Shown: piece by piece, positions 36,642 to 49,580 of the stretch
Numbering within the stretch: the stretch's first letter is position 1
Layout: every line of letters starts with the position of its first letter
NCBI RefSeq assembly: GCF_963921235.1
Contig: NC_086097.1
Location: 245,708,001 to 245,772,000, forward strand
DNA from: Mobula hypostoma
Taxonomy: Eukaryota
Reading direction: 5' to 3'
DNA length: 64,000 nucleotides
Notes under the pieces: generated by a model
The model's input: the letters and a program-made list of their open reading frames with translations, nothing else
Databases searched by the model: none
What the model was told of the DNA's origin: nothing
Translations under genes and position numbers: made by a program

Positions 36642-37549
36642 TATATGTAAATTTATGGTGTGAGCCAATGCAATCAGCTGTGCATTTTTTTTGCTGTATG
36701 GATTCAATGCATATTAGGCATTTTTCAATAGATTATGGTTTTGTGTTTAAGTGAAACCTACTCGGAATGAAGACATTTAATCTTTAGTATTTGCTGGAGC
36801 AGCTTATTTTTCTCAGTGCTGCATAGAGTCCAGATGCTTTCATTCTAGAAGTCTTGTGGTTTCTCAGTAACATTGCTGAGGGATTCTAGTTCTTGGACCG
36901 GATGCCTGAAAGACAGCGGTAGAAAGAGGAAAAAAAAACATAATTGGACTTTGATTTTTGAACATTTTAACTTGGGAAATTTAAGAACTTAATCCCTAAT
37001 ATTTTCCACAGTTCCCAAAAAGACAGCAGTAACAGAAATTCGTGTTATATTTAGAATTCATTTATGGGGGAACAGGATTAAGACAAACCTGCAGAATTCA
37101 AAGAGGGCGAAGAAGAATTATGAGCACAACTAGTTTTATGTTGTCCAAGTTTCAAGGGCATGTAGGCTACACAGGTTTGTAACTTCATTTGAATGATCTC
37201 ACCTCATTACACCAGCTGTATAAATAATTTCAGCAAAGTTTGTGTTAAGAATACTTGTGACATTGAGTCCCATGGCATGGAAGCCAACTACCATGCAATA
37301 AAGATAGAACATAGAACATTGAACAGTATGTAACAGGAACAGGCCTTTTGGTTGTGCTGAATTAATTAAATTAGTAATTAGATGACCAACTAATCTCTTC
37401 TGCCTACACCATGTCCATATTCCTCCATTTTCCTCACATTCAGGTGCCTATCCAAACATTTTTAAAAAATTCCTTAATGTATCTGCCTCTATCACCACCC
37501 CTAGCACACATTCCAGGCACCCACCACTCTGTGTAAAAATTTAATTTCC

Positions 37550-38322
37550 AGTTCAAGTTTAATTCTCATTCAACCATACACATGAATACAGCCAAATGTA
37601 ACAATGTTCCTCTGGGGCCAAGGTGTAAGAAACATTTCCAACAGTCTTACAGAGAACAAAGCACACAGAGCGCAGATAATTATGACTACAGAAGAACATA
37701 GTTACAAAAACAAATTGCCCAAGTCCCTGAGTGAAATGGCCCGCAGACTGATGGTGCATTAGTGATGTGCTAGAGCCACGTTTCTGCAAGAACAGCCCAC
37801 AGCAGCTCCTCATCGTGCGCAAGTGCAGCCGCAGACAGGGGCAGTCCAGCTCGTCTTCCACCGATGGGAGGTGTCAGCGCCCAACCCAACTGAGACTCCC
37901 GCCCGTCTGCCATGCCTCCATTCTCTCCCGCACTACCTCCTGCGTCTACTCCCCCTGGGAGACCCTGCAGCATGAGGGCCTGGTCCCCGCAGCTCCTCCA
38001 CCAACGAATCGGTGAACCAGGCTTGCAGTATTCCACATTACCAATGTCCAACAGGGTCTTTCGATCACAAGAGAAACATCCAAGACAATCACTTGCACTG
38101 TTTGTTGGACCATACGCTGCCTCTGATGCGGTGTAGCAGGTAGCAAAGGCAACACGGTCCACACCAAGTCCAGCTCTACCACTATCCACTGTAGACCTAC
38201 AGTACTTGATATTCTCAATATCCAGCAGCCTCTTGCAATCATAAAAAAAGAGGTAAAGAACAAACAATTACACCTTTGTTTGGACCCAGAGAAGCCGTTG
38301 CAACTGAGCACACTACCATATT
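37550..38322 (-). mobile_element. Probable Rex/L2-derived non-autonomous element
   Basis: Twice-repeated (Y/C)DxKxLLDI(E/G)N peptide remnant near the head; 3' end related to ~28940-29000. Confidence 0.4.
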
Positions 38323-38583
38323 ATCAGAGACTCCCAACTTGCTGCTCACATCTTCCTTGAAATTACCCCTCTCACTTTAAGTACATGCTCTCTGGTATTA
38401 GACATTACAACCTTTGGAAAAAGATACTGACTGTCTCCTCTATCTGCGCCTCTCATGATCGTATAAACCTCTATCAGATCTCCCCTCAGCCTCTGCCATT
38501 GCCATTCCAGAGAAAGCAATCCAAGTTTGTCCAACTTCCTGTTATAGCAGATGCCCTCTGATCCAGACAACATCCTGGTAAAC

Positions 38584-38737
38584 ACGAGGAAATCTGCAGA
38601 TGCTGGAAATTCAAGCAACACACATAAAAGTTGCTGGTGAATGCAGCAGGCCAGGCAGCAAAACGTCAACTGTACCTCTTCCTAGAGATGCTGCCTGGCC
38701 TGCTGCATTCACCAGCAACTTTTTTGTGTGTTGCTTG
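38584..38737. mobile_element. PLE-derived fold-back mini-insertion within a CR1 fragment
   Basis: Inverted arms; 15-bp direct repeat AACATCCTGGTAAAC at 38569-38583 and 38738-38752. Confidence 0.8.
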
Positions 38738-40879
38738 AACATCCTGGTAAACCTCTTCTGCGCCCTCTCCAAAGCCTCGACGTCCTTCCTATAGTGGGAT
38801 GACCAGAACAGTATACTCCAGATGTGGCCAAACTAGGGCTTTATAAACCTGTAACATTATTTCCTGACTTTTGCTTCCAAAACAGTACCTCACTGAATTT
38901 TGGCACCTCCCTGCAGGAGCGAGGGTAGGACAGGGATCGAACCTCAATGTGCCCAGATAGGGGTGAACAATAGAATGGTTCATTAATAAATATATCTAAA
39001 TGGGAATATTGTTCAGACAAACTAGAGTAAATTGGAGAGGATTTTTTTAAAATCAGTGATTCATCCATGATTTAGTATTGCAATCTAATATCATCCAAAA
39101 AAGGTCACGGGGGAGAAGACACTGGGAGCGAAGGAGGTGCTTGATACTGGTGTACGATATGGTAAGAGGTATAGATCAAGTGGACAACCAGAGACATTTG
39201 CCCCAGGGTAGAAATGGCTGATACGAGGGTGCATAATTTTAAGTAACACACATAAAATGCTGGAGGAACCCAGCAGGCCAGACAGCATCTATGGAAGAGA
39301 GTAAACAATCGACGATTCAGGCCGAGTCTTGTTTGTGCATAACTTTTAGATGATTGGAAGAAAGTATAAGGGGATGTCAGAGGTACTGTGTGTTCTTCAC
39401 ACAGAGAGTGGTGAGTATATGGAATGCCCTGCCAGAGGTAGTGGTACTGGTAGAGGCAGATACATTAGAGACTTTTAGAAAGGGAAAATGGTGATAGAAA
39501 AACGAAGGGCTAAGTGGGAAGGAAGTGTTCAATTGATCTTGGTGTGGGTTAAAGGGTCAGCACATGAAGGGCCTTTACTGTGCTGTAATGTTCTATGTTC
39601 AATGAGCATTTTGTAAGTTTTACACGTCTTTCAACCTTGGTGCACTGAGCAAGTACCCCATTCTCCTGCCTTATCCCTGCAATCTTTGATGTCTTTACTA
39701 CTCAAAGAGCTAACAACCTCTGCTTTAAATGTACCTAACGACTTGACCTGCACAGCTATCTGTGGCAATGATCTCCACAGATTCATCACATTCTGGCCAA
39801 AGAAATTCCCTCTGAACTCTGTTCTGAAGAGGCATCCTTCCATTCTGATGCTGTGCCCCCCGGTCCTAGACTCCCCCACAATTGGAAACACACTCTGCAC
39901 ATCCATTCTATCTAGGTCTTTTAATATTCTGTAGGAGTCAATGAGTTTTCTTCAGTTTACGATTGGGTGGACTGAAGCCATTTTCTTTGGTCTCTGCCAT
40001 GAGTTCCATTTCCATGCCGTTAACTGAGCCTTTCCCCGGTCACTGCTTCAGGCTCTGCAGACTCAGCCCCATATAACTTTGCACTGAGCTTCAACCCACA
40101 CTTTCTCTCCATCACAAAGACAATTAGCTTGCACCTCCACAGTATGATCCATCTTCACATCTGTCATAGCCTGTTTCCTGGCAAAGCCTTCATTCATGCT
40201 TTTACCTTCCCGAGGCTCGGGAATTCCAGTTCTCCAGACTGATTCCCATCCGACAATCTTTGTGGACTTTACGTCACCCAAAACTGTAATACTGGTTTTC
40301 TGAATCTCACCGAGTATGCTCACCTACCTGGAACTCAGATCCCTCTCCAGTGCCTTGTATTTTTAAATGTTCATTCCCAATTCAAATCCCCTCAATGGCA
40401 TTATCTATCCAAATCTCTGTAATCTCTTCCAGCACTGTAACCCCACTATTCTCATTCCGGTCCATTATTCCTCTGCGGAATTCATTGTCACAGGCGGCTG
40501 TGGAGGTCAAGTCATTGGGTATATTTAAGGCAGAGGTTGATCGTTTCTTGGTTGGTCAGGGCATGAGGGGATACGGGGAGAAGGCAGGAAATTGGAGCTG
40601 AGAGGGAAAATGGACCAGCCATGATGAAGAAGCAGAGCAGACTCGATGGCCCAAACAGCCTAATTATGCTCCTTATCTTATGGTCCTATGGTCTTACGTC
40701 TCACTGGCCATCACTCCACTGTTACAAGACTTTAGCTGCCATGTAGTGTGGATGTCCATTTCCTAAACCACCCGCCTCCATGTCCCCTGTCCTAGTTCCC
40801 TTCTTAACAAATATTTTGCTGTACCATTTCATATGTAAACAAGTAAGCAGGTGAACAAAATTATTTGATTGTAATTTAC

Positions 40880-41427
40880 GCGAACAACAGGAATTCTGCA
40901 GATGCTGGAAATTCAAGCAACACACATTAAAGTTGCTGGTGAACGCAGCAGGCCAGGCAGCGTCCCTAGGAAGAGGTACAGTCGACGTTTCAGGCCGAGA
41001 CCCTTCGTCAGGACTAACTGAAGGAAGAGTTAGTAAGAGATTTGAAAGTGGGAGGGGGAGGGGGAGATCCAAAATGATAGGAGAAGACAGGAGGGGGAGG
41101 GATGGAGCCAAGAGCTGGACAGGTGATTGGCAAAAGGGATATGAGAGGATCATGGGGACAGGAGGCCCAGGGAGAAGGAAAAGGGGGAGGGGGGGAAAAG
41201 CCCAGAGGATGGGCAAGGGGTATAGTCAGAGGGACAGAGGGAGAAAAAGGAGAGAGAGAGAAAGAATGTGTATATATAAACAAATAACCGATGGGGTACG
41301 AGGGGGAGGTGGGGCATTAGCGGAAGTTTGAGAAGTCAATGTTCATGCCATCAGGTTGGAGGCTACCCAGACGGAATATAATGTGTTGTTCCTCCAACCT
41401 GAGTGTGGCTTCATCTTTACAGTAGAG
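40880..41427 (-). mobile_element. Penelope-like element 3' fragment
   Basis: Reverse complement of the 822-1366 family including the full terminal tail; imperfect 13-bp flanking repeat at 40867-40879 and 41430-41442. Confidence 0.85.
40980..41015 (-). ncRNA. Minimal hammerhead ribozyme motif
   Basis: Minus strand agtc-CTGACGA-agggtctcggcct-GAAAC-GTC-gact, identical to 1268-1303. Confidence 0.75.
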
Positions 41428-41911
41428 TAGATCATAATTTACTTTGACTTTGAAGAGGCAGAGGGCTGATAGGAAAGGATGGTGGACCACGGGGGAAAGA
41501 GAAGGAGGAGAGGAGCCAGAGGGAGGTGAGGGGAAGAGAAAGGGGTAAGGGAGGGGAGACAGAATGGGGAATGAAAAAAGAGAGAAGGGAGGAGAAATGA
41601 TCAGAAGCTAGAGAAATCAATGTTCATGGGATCATGTTGGGGGCTACCCAGCTGGAATAAATCCACCATGAATAAATGGCGGAGCAGACTCGATGGGTTC
41701 AATGGCCTAATACGGCTACTACGTCGAATGGCTTTTTGGGTGTTGCTCCTTCAACTTGACCGGTGACAATGAAAACTTGGTCGGTGCCCTAATCAGATGC
41801 TGTACGTGATGTGTAATTTGAAATATTGTATAAGATAAATTGTCAGTTCAGTTGCTTGGCATTTACTTTGAGTGATTCGGGTAACAGTCTCCGATCTGTT
41901 TGTTTCTTCAG

Positions 41912-42052
41912 TGCCACATGCTGGAGTCAACCCGGCTGAATATTACCACCAGATGGCTCTGCTGGCGGGTCACCGTAGCCCATACGGGGACATCCTTCCT
42001 CCCGCTGGTGCCGCTGGTGCTCTGCACATGGAATACCTCCACGCCATGGAGG
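41912..42052 (+). CDS. GLI3: GLI3 internal coding exon (equivalent to human exon 6)
   Basis: tttcttcAG acceptor (41910-41911); GTAAGT donor at 42053. 141 nt, phase 1 at both ends and compatible with the previous exon. Reads [47 protein letters not shown], which is GLI3-type (no GLI2 QEHLKERG insert). Confidence 0.94.
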
Positions 42053-43014
42053 GTAAGTAACAACGAGGGAAACCATGGCTGATAATTCATCAAACGTATG
42101 TTTCAGTTACAGGCTTTAAAACTGGCATCTGGCCAAAGGGCATCCCTTCAGAACAGAGATGAGCAGGATTTGCTTTAGCCAGAGGCTGGTGAATTTATGG
42201 AATTCATTGCCACAGATGGCTTTTGGGGACAAATCATTGCAAAGGGTGGGAATTAAAGGGGCCTTTCCTGGTTGGCTGCTGGTGACAGGCAGTGTTCTCC
42301 AGTTGTCGGTGTTGGACTGTTTCTTTTCACGTGACATGTCAATGATTTTGGTGACTGAATTGATTGATGGCTTTGTGGCCAAGGTTGCAGATGATACAAA
42401 GGGAGGTGGAGAGGCAGGTAGTGTTGAGAAAGCAGGGAGTCTGCAGGTTAGAAGAATGGGGCAAAGAAGTGGCAGATGGAATATCGCATCAGGAAGCGTA
42501 TGCTCCTGCACTTTGATAGAACAAGTAAAAGTGTAGACTATTTTCTAAGTGGGGAACAAATTCACAACTCAGAGGTGCAAAGGGATTGGGGAGTCCTTGT
42601 GCGGGATTCCCTGAAGGTTAACTTTCAGGTTGAGCCTATAGTAAGGAAGGTAAATTAAATATTAGCATTCATTTTGAAAGGACTACAATATAGTGGTATC
42701 ATTGGGCGCCACTGTAGCATAGCGGTTAACGTGACACCGTTACAACTCGGGGCATCAGAGATCAGAGTTTAACTCTGGTGTCCTCTGTAAGAAGTTTGTA
42801 GGTTCTTCTCATGACCTCCCACAGTCCAAAGATGTACCGGTTAGTAGGTGAATTGATCATTGTAACTTGTCCTGTGGTTAGGCTTGGGTTAAGCAGGTGG
42901 GTTGTTGGGTGGTGAGGCTCATTGGGCCTGAAGGGCCTGTTCTATATTGTATCCCTAAATTCAAAAAACAAGGATGCAATGTTGAAGCTTCAAAGTAAAA
43001 ACTGAAGATAAATA

Positions 43015-43359
43015 CGAGGGGTGATTGATAAGTTCATGGCTTAAGGTAAAAGGAGTCAATTTTAGAAAACCTAGCACATTTATTTTTCAACATAGTCCCC
43101 TCCTACATTTACGTACTTAGTCCAGCGGTCGTGGAGCATACGGATCCCTTCTTTGTAGAAGTCGGCATCTTGGACCTCCAGAAAGTGGTCCACAGTAGGG
43201 GTGATTGATAAGTTCATGGCCTAGGGTAGAAGGAGATGAGTTATTAACTTCAAACTTTCTGCATTATCACTCAAAGAGTTGAACTGCACGCGCATGTAAC
43301 GAGAGCTGTATAACTCATCTCCTTCTACCTTAGGCCACAAACTTATCAATCACCCCTCG
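43015..43359 (-). mobile_element. Mariner-derived non-autonomous element
   Basis: TA-flanked TIRs CGAGGGGTGATTGATAAGTT…AACTTATCAATCACCCCTCG. 43080-43193 (-) encodes the mariner transposase C-terminus VDHFLEVQDADFYKEGIRMLHDRWTKYVNVGGDYVEK*. Confidence 0.9.
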
Positions 43360-44365
43360 TATTTAGAATCAGAATCAGGTTAGGTATCACTGGCATATGT
43401 CGTAAAATTTGATTTTATGTGGCAGCTGTACATTGCAATACATAATAATAAAAAAACTATAAATGACGTAAGAAATATATTTTTTAAAACTTAAATGTGG
43501 AGCCAAAGGAGAATAAAGAAAAATTGAGGTAGCGTACCTGTTCCATTGTCCATTGAGAAATCTGATGGCAGTGAGGAAACAGCTGTTCATAAAGTTTTGA
43601 GTGTGTGTCTACAGGCTCCTCTACCATCTCCTTGAGAAGAGGGCACATCCTGGATGATGGGGTGTATGAGGATGGATGCTACCTTTTCGAGGCATCACCT
43701 TTTGAAGATGTTCTCGATGCTTGCCTGCCTCTTATTCTTAACCACAGCCTCAATATCTCTTGTCAGCCAGGGTTCCCTATACCAGCAAGCCTTGCCTTTC
43801 ACCCAAACAGGAACATACAAGAATTGAACTCTTGATGTTACACTCTTAAAGGCCTCCCACTTGGCAGGCACTCCTTTCCCTGCAAACAGTCTCACCGCTG
43901 CAAGATCCCTCCTGATAACTCCAAGCTTTGCTCTGCCTAAATTATCTATTTATTTGTTCAGATACAGCACGGGATAGACCCTTCTGGTCCTTTGAGCCGT
44001 GCTGCCCAGGAACCTCCAATTGAACCCGGGACAATTTACAATGACCAATTAACCAACCAACCCCATCTCTGGACTGTGAGGGGCAACTGGAGCACCCCGG
44101 AGGATACCGACGCAATCACGGGGTGGATGTATAAACTCCTTACAGAGAGTGGCGGGAAATGAACCTGGGTTGCTAGTACTGTAGCACATTGTGCTAACCA
44201 CTACGTTACTGTGTCGCTCCCATGAACCCTCCAAGTTCAGGACCATGACCTGTGCACTGGATCCGAAGTGCTCCTGACAGACACTGCTGCCATTTGTCCT
44301 CTCTCACTCCCCAGGCGAACATCCAGTGTTACACCATCTCCAGTAGCTTCCACTGTGTATGGGTA

Positions 44366-44955
44366 TTTACATAGAATTCTTGAGATTTTAAATACCGTAA
44401 TTCAGTCTCAGAATTTGCATAGAATCTGCGTAGAATTCTCTAGATTTTAAATGCTGTAATTCAGTCTTAGAATTTGCATAGAATCTGCGTAGAATTCTCT
44501 AGATTTTAAATAACGTAATTCAGTTTTAGAATCTGTATAGAATTCTCTAGATTTTAAATCCTGGAATTAAATACTAGAGTTTACATAGAATCTACATAGA
44601 ATTCACTAGATTTTACATATTAGAATTCAATACTAGAATCTACATGAAATCTGCATCGAATTTACTGGGTTTTAAATACTAGAATTCAATCTTAGAATTA
44701 ACATAGAATCTGTGCGCAATTTACTAGACTTTAAACACTGGAATAAAATATTAGAATTTGCATTGAATCAACTGTATGTAGAATTCACTAGGTTGTAAAT
44801 ACTGGAATACATTACTAGTATTTACATAGAATCTATGTAGAATATAGCAGGTTTTAAATGCTAGAGTTTACATAGAATCTGCATTATATTTACTAGATTT
44901 TAAATACTAGAATTCAATACTAGCATTTACATAGAATCTGGATGGAATTTACTGG
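44366..44955. repeat. AT-rich minisatellite, ~59-bp unit, about 10 diverging copies
   Basis: Unit gaatttgcatagaatctgcgtagaattctctagattttaaatgctgtaattcagtctta starts at 44411 and 44470; built from TAGAAT sub-repeats. Confidence 0.85.
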
Positions 44956-45570
44956 TACCATTTGGCTTTGCGCATCACTGCTGCTCTCCTTTCGCTCTGT
45001 CACACTCTTGAAACATACCTTTCGATTCTCCTTCCCTCCATACATCTCACTTCCCCTGAGAGCCAGGCCGCCCCAATCAAAACTGCACAAGATAGCAACA
45101 ATAAAAGGAGTGGCCAGAAACCAGAACACCCGCCTGCCTTCCACTCTCGTCCTTATTGATTTCAATCTTCCTCGATGCTTTAATCGATGACATCAGTGAG
45201 AAATTGAGTTGATCGTGGGCTTGCGCCCCGTCTCCAGGCTTCTTGGCCTCCAGGCCGCATGCATCGCTCGAAGCCTCACCGAATTCTCTCAGAGACAGCA
45301 AAGCGCCAGGTTGCTCAATCAGCCTAAAAACACACCATTATAATGTAGATGACGGGCTCCAACAGTAGCAGAACCACATTTGAAAAAAAAAGAAGTAAAA
45401 GTGAAAGACACAGTTTCATGAACCGTCTGGAGGATGTTACCCTTGGTCATGTTGTTCGCTGGCATTATCTTCTGGAAGGTGTCTATCTAAAAGCCTCTCA
45501 ACTCCACTAGACTGGCTGATTCCCCTAGTTCCCTGGACACCTACACCTGGCACCTCCCACTCTCTGCATA

Positions 45571-45724
45571 AAACACAAGAGATTCTGCAGATGCTGGAAA
45601 TTCTGGCATCTTCCTCTTCCTTTCTGGTCCTGAAAAAGGGTCTCAGCTTGAAACATCGACTGTTTATTTCCTTCCATTGATGCTGCATGACTTGCTGAGT
45701 TCCTCCGGCATTTTTGACTGTGTG
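45571..45724. mobile_element. PLE-derived micro-insertion with degenerate hammerhead
   Basis: 12-bp direct repeat ACTCTCTGCATA at 45559-45570 and 45725-45736; core degraded to ctgaaaaa…gaaacatc. Confidence 0.75.
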
Positions 45725-47036
45725 ACTCTCTGCATATACAAAAAACTTGCCTCTCACATAACCTTTGAACTTCCCTCCTCTAACCTTAAAAGCATGTCCT
45801 CTGGTGTTTGGCGTTTCTACCCTGGAGGAAAGATTCTGACTTTCTACCCTATCTATGTAGCTAATAATCTTGTATCTAATAACTGTGAGTAATGTTACAG
45901 CTATATAAGACTTTGTTGGACCCCACTTGGAGTACTGTGCTCATTAGAAGGATGTGGATATTATAGGGAGAGTGCAAAGGAGATTTACAAGGATGTTGCC
46001 TGGATTGGAGAATAGTTTGAGTGAACTTGATCTTTTCTCTTTGGAGTGATAGAGGGTGAGAGGTGACCTGATAGAGGTGTATAAGATGATGAGAGGCATG
46101 GATCATGTGGCTAGTCAGAAGGTTTTTCCAGGCCTGAAATTGCTAACATGAGGGTGCATAGTTTTAAGATGCTTGGAAGTAGGTACAGAGGGGGTGTCAG
46201 GGGTAACTTTTTCACACAGAGTGGTAGGTGCATGGAATGCAGTGCTGGTGACTGTGGTGGAGGCGGATACCATTAGGTCTTTTCAGACACTCTTAGATAG
46301 GTACATGGAGCTTAGAAAAATAGAGAGCTATGTGGTAGGGAAACTCAAGGTAGCTTACATGGTTGGCACAATATTGTGGGCCGAAGGGCCTGTAATGTGC
46401 TGTAGATTTCTGTGTTCCATGTTATATATAAACTTTTACCAGGTCTCTCTTTAGCCACTGACTGAGAACAACCCAAGTTTAGACCATAAGATACAGGAAC
46501 AGAATTAGGCCATTTGGCCCATCGAGTCTGTTCCGCCATTTCATCATGCCTGATCCATTTTCCCTCTCAGCCCCAATCTCCTGCCTTCTTCCTGTATCTC
46601 TTCATGCCCTGACTAATCAAGAATCTATCAGCCTCTGGCTTTAATTTACCCAGTGACTTGGCCTCCATAGCTACCTGTGACAACGAATTCCACAGTTTCA
46701 CCATTACATGAACCTCCTTTGAACGCTCTCCAATGTCAGCACATCCTTTCTAAGATAAGGGGCCCAAACCTGCTCACAATACTCCAAGTGAAGCCTCACC
46801 GGTGCTTTATAAAGTCTCAACATTACATCCTTGCCTTTATATTCTAGTTCTCTAGAAGTGAATACAAACATTTCATCTGAATTCCACCGACTCAAACTTT
46901 CCTTATGGCTTGTACCCTCTAATTCAGGCAGTATACTAATAAACCTCTTCCACACTCTCTCTGCAGTCTCCACATCCTTTTAAGAACTACCTACTGTGCA
47001 TTTTAGTGAATGTGAGTAGTTCATAAAATTTTGGCA

Positions 47037-47235
47037 ACACACACTAAATGCTGGAGGAACTCAGCAGGTCAGGCAGAATCTGTGGAGAGGAATAAAGAGT
47101 CGATGTTTCAGGCCGAAACCCTTCATCAGGACTCTTGGCCTGTAATGTTAATAGTTTCTGCATGACTTTCCGAGTACCTCCTGTATTTTGTGTGTGTTTC
47201 TCTGGATTTCCAGCACCCGCGAATCTCTTGTGTTT
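47037..47235. mobile_element. Older PLE-derived fold-back insertion with minus-strand hammerhead (47098-47133)
   Basis: Minus strand agtc-CTGATGA-agggtttcggcct-GAAAC-ATC-gact; diverged inverted arms. Confidence 0.65.
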
Positions 47236-47236
47236 A

Positions 47237-47324
47237 TTATGGATTTATTGTGATTGTAGAAAGACCTTGTGATAAAATTGTTATGGATTTATTTTAATTG
47301 TAGAAAGACCTTGTGATAAAATTG
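47237..47324. repeat. 44-bp tandem duplication
   Basis: ttatggatttatt(gtg/tta)attgtagaaagaccttgtgataaaattg x2 (47237-47280, 47281-47324). Confidence 0.85.
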
Positions 47325-47454
47325 TTTCTGTTGTGTGTCTTTTCTTTTACAGATAGTGTATTTCAGGTAAACTTTATGTTCTATGTAATCAATCAGAAAA
47401 TATTTAAATTCATATTAATAAAGGTCCCACTGCAAGCTTTGATATTCTTCCACA

Positions 47455-49580
47455 GGTGTAGTGGACAGTGAGGAAGACTATCAAAGGTTTCAGCGGGATC
47501 TGGACCAGCTGGAAGTCTGGGCTGAAAAATAACAGATGGGATTTAATGCGGTCGAGTGTGAGGTGTTGCACTTTGGGAAGGCCAATTAGACTAGGACTTA
47601 CACAGTGAATGGTAGGACACTGAGGAGTGTGGTAGAACAGAGGGTTCTGAGAATATAGATCTATAATTCTTTCAAGGTGGCTTCACAGGTAGATGGGGTC
47701 ATAAAGAAAGCTTTTGGCACATTGTCCTTCATAAACATAGAAACATAGAAAATAGGTGCAGGAGTAGGCCATTCGGCCTTTTGAGCCTGCACCGCCATTT
47801 ATTATGATCATGGCTGATCATCCAACTCAGAACCCCGCCCCAGCCTTCCCTCCATACCCCCTGATCCCCGTAGCCACAAGGGCCATATCTAACTCCCTCT
47901 TAAATATAGCCAATGAACTGGCCTCAACTGTTTCCTGTGGCAGAGAATTCCACAGATTCACCACTCTCTGTGTGAAGAAGTTTTTCCTAATCTCGGTCCT
48001 AAAAGGCTTCCCCTTTATCCTCAAACTGTGACCCCTTGTTCTGGACTTCCCCAACATCGGGAACAATCTTCCTTCATCTAGCCTGTCCAATCCCTTTAGG
48101 ATTTTATACGTTTCAATCAGATCCCCCCTCAATCTTCTAAATTCCAACGAGTACAAGCCCAGTTCATCCAGTCTTTCTTCATATGAAAGTCCTGCCATCC
48201 CAGGAATCAATCTGGTGAACCTTCTTTGTACTCTCTCTATGGCAAGGATGTCTTTCCTCAGATTAGGGGACCAAAACTGCACACAATACTCCAGGTGTGG
48301 TCTCACCAAGGCCTTGTACAACTGCAGTAGTACCTCCCTGCTCCTGTACTCGAATCCTCTCGCTATGAATGCCAGCATACCATTTGCCATTTTCACCGCC
48401 TGCTGTACCTGCATGCCCACTTTCAATGACTGGTGTATAATGACACCCAGGTCTCGTTGCACCTCCCCTTTTCCTAATCGGCCACCTTTCAGATAATAAT
48501 CTGTTTTCCTATTTTTGCCACCAAAGTGGATAACTTCACATTTATCCACATTAAATTGCATCTGCCATGAATTTGCCCACTCACCCAACCTATCCAAGTC
48601 ACTCTGCATCCTCTTAGCATCCTCCTCACAGCTAACACTGCCACCCAGCTTCGTGTCATCCGCAGACTTGGAGATGCTGCATTTAATTCCCTCATCCAAG
48701 TCATTAATATATATTGTAAACAACTGGGGTCCCAGCACTGAGCCTTGCGGTACCCCACTAGTCACCACCTGCCATTCTGAAAAGGTCCCGTTTATTCCCA
48801 CTCTTTGCTTCCTGTCTGCTAAGCAATTCTCCATCCACATCAATACCTTACCCCCAATACCGTGTGCTTTAAGTTTGCACACTAATCTCCTGTGTGGGAC
48901 CTTGTCAAAAGCTTTTGAAAATCCAAATATACCACATCCACTGGTTCTCCCCTATCCACTCTACTAGTTACATCAATAAATCAATGTATTGAGTACAGGA
49001 GCTGTTGAAATTGTGTAAGACTTTGGTGAGGCCTAATTTGCAGTATTGTCCACAGTTTTGGACACTTACCTATAGGGAAGATGTAAATAAGATTGGAAGA
49101 GTACTGAGAGAAATTTACAAGGATGTTGCCAGGTTTGGAGGACCTGAGTTATTGGGAAAGGTTGAATAGGTGAGGACTTCATTCCCTGGAGTGTAGGAGA
49201 ACAAGGGGAGATTTGTTAGAGGTATAAAAAAATTAAGAGGGGTATGGATCGGGTAAATGCAAACTGGCTTTTTCCACTGAGGTTGGGTGAGATTAGAACC
49301 GGAAATCAATGATTGAGGTGAAAGGTGAAATGTTTAAGGGGTACATGAGGGGGAACTTCTTCACTCAGAGGCTGGTGAGAGTGTGGAACGAGCTGCCAGC
49401 GGAAATGGTGGATGCAAGTTTGATTTCCACATTTAAGAGCAGTTTGGATAGGTACATGGATGGGAGCGGTATGGTGGGCAATGGCCCAGGTGCAGGTCAA
49501 TGGGACTAGGCAGATTAATGGTTCAGCACAGACTAGATAGGCCAAAGAACCTGGCCCTGTGCTGTAGTGTTCTATAACTC
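47455..49580 (+). mobile_element. Older CR1 3' fragment interrupted by a young CR1
   Basis: Colinear CR1 RT-downstream sequence on both sides of 47736-48974. Confidence 0.75.
47736..48974 (-). mobile_element. Young CR1-type LINE, 5'-truncated (same subfamily as 24647-26692)
   Basis: ORF 47827-48882 is nearly identical to the C-terminal half of the 657-aa ORF (FADD changed to SADD); same tail; ATAAA repeat at 47731-47735 and 48976-48980. Confidence 0.93.

Noticed and set aside
39950..40460. ORF 40063-40323 region as an exon or classifiable TE
   Set aside because: No recognisable motif or splice-compatible frame; may be an old LINE remnant but cannot be supported.
41872..42060. Stand-alone ORFs 41872-42060 and 58179-58445
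   Set aside because: Starts and stops are intronic read-through; only the splice-bounded parts are GLI3 coding.
44366..44955. Possible CRISPR array
   Set aside because: Units are contiguous and degenerate with no unique spacers and no cas genes; vertebrate intronic context.
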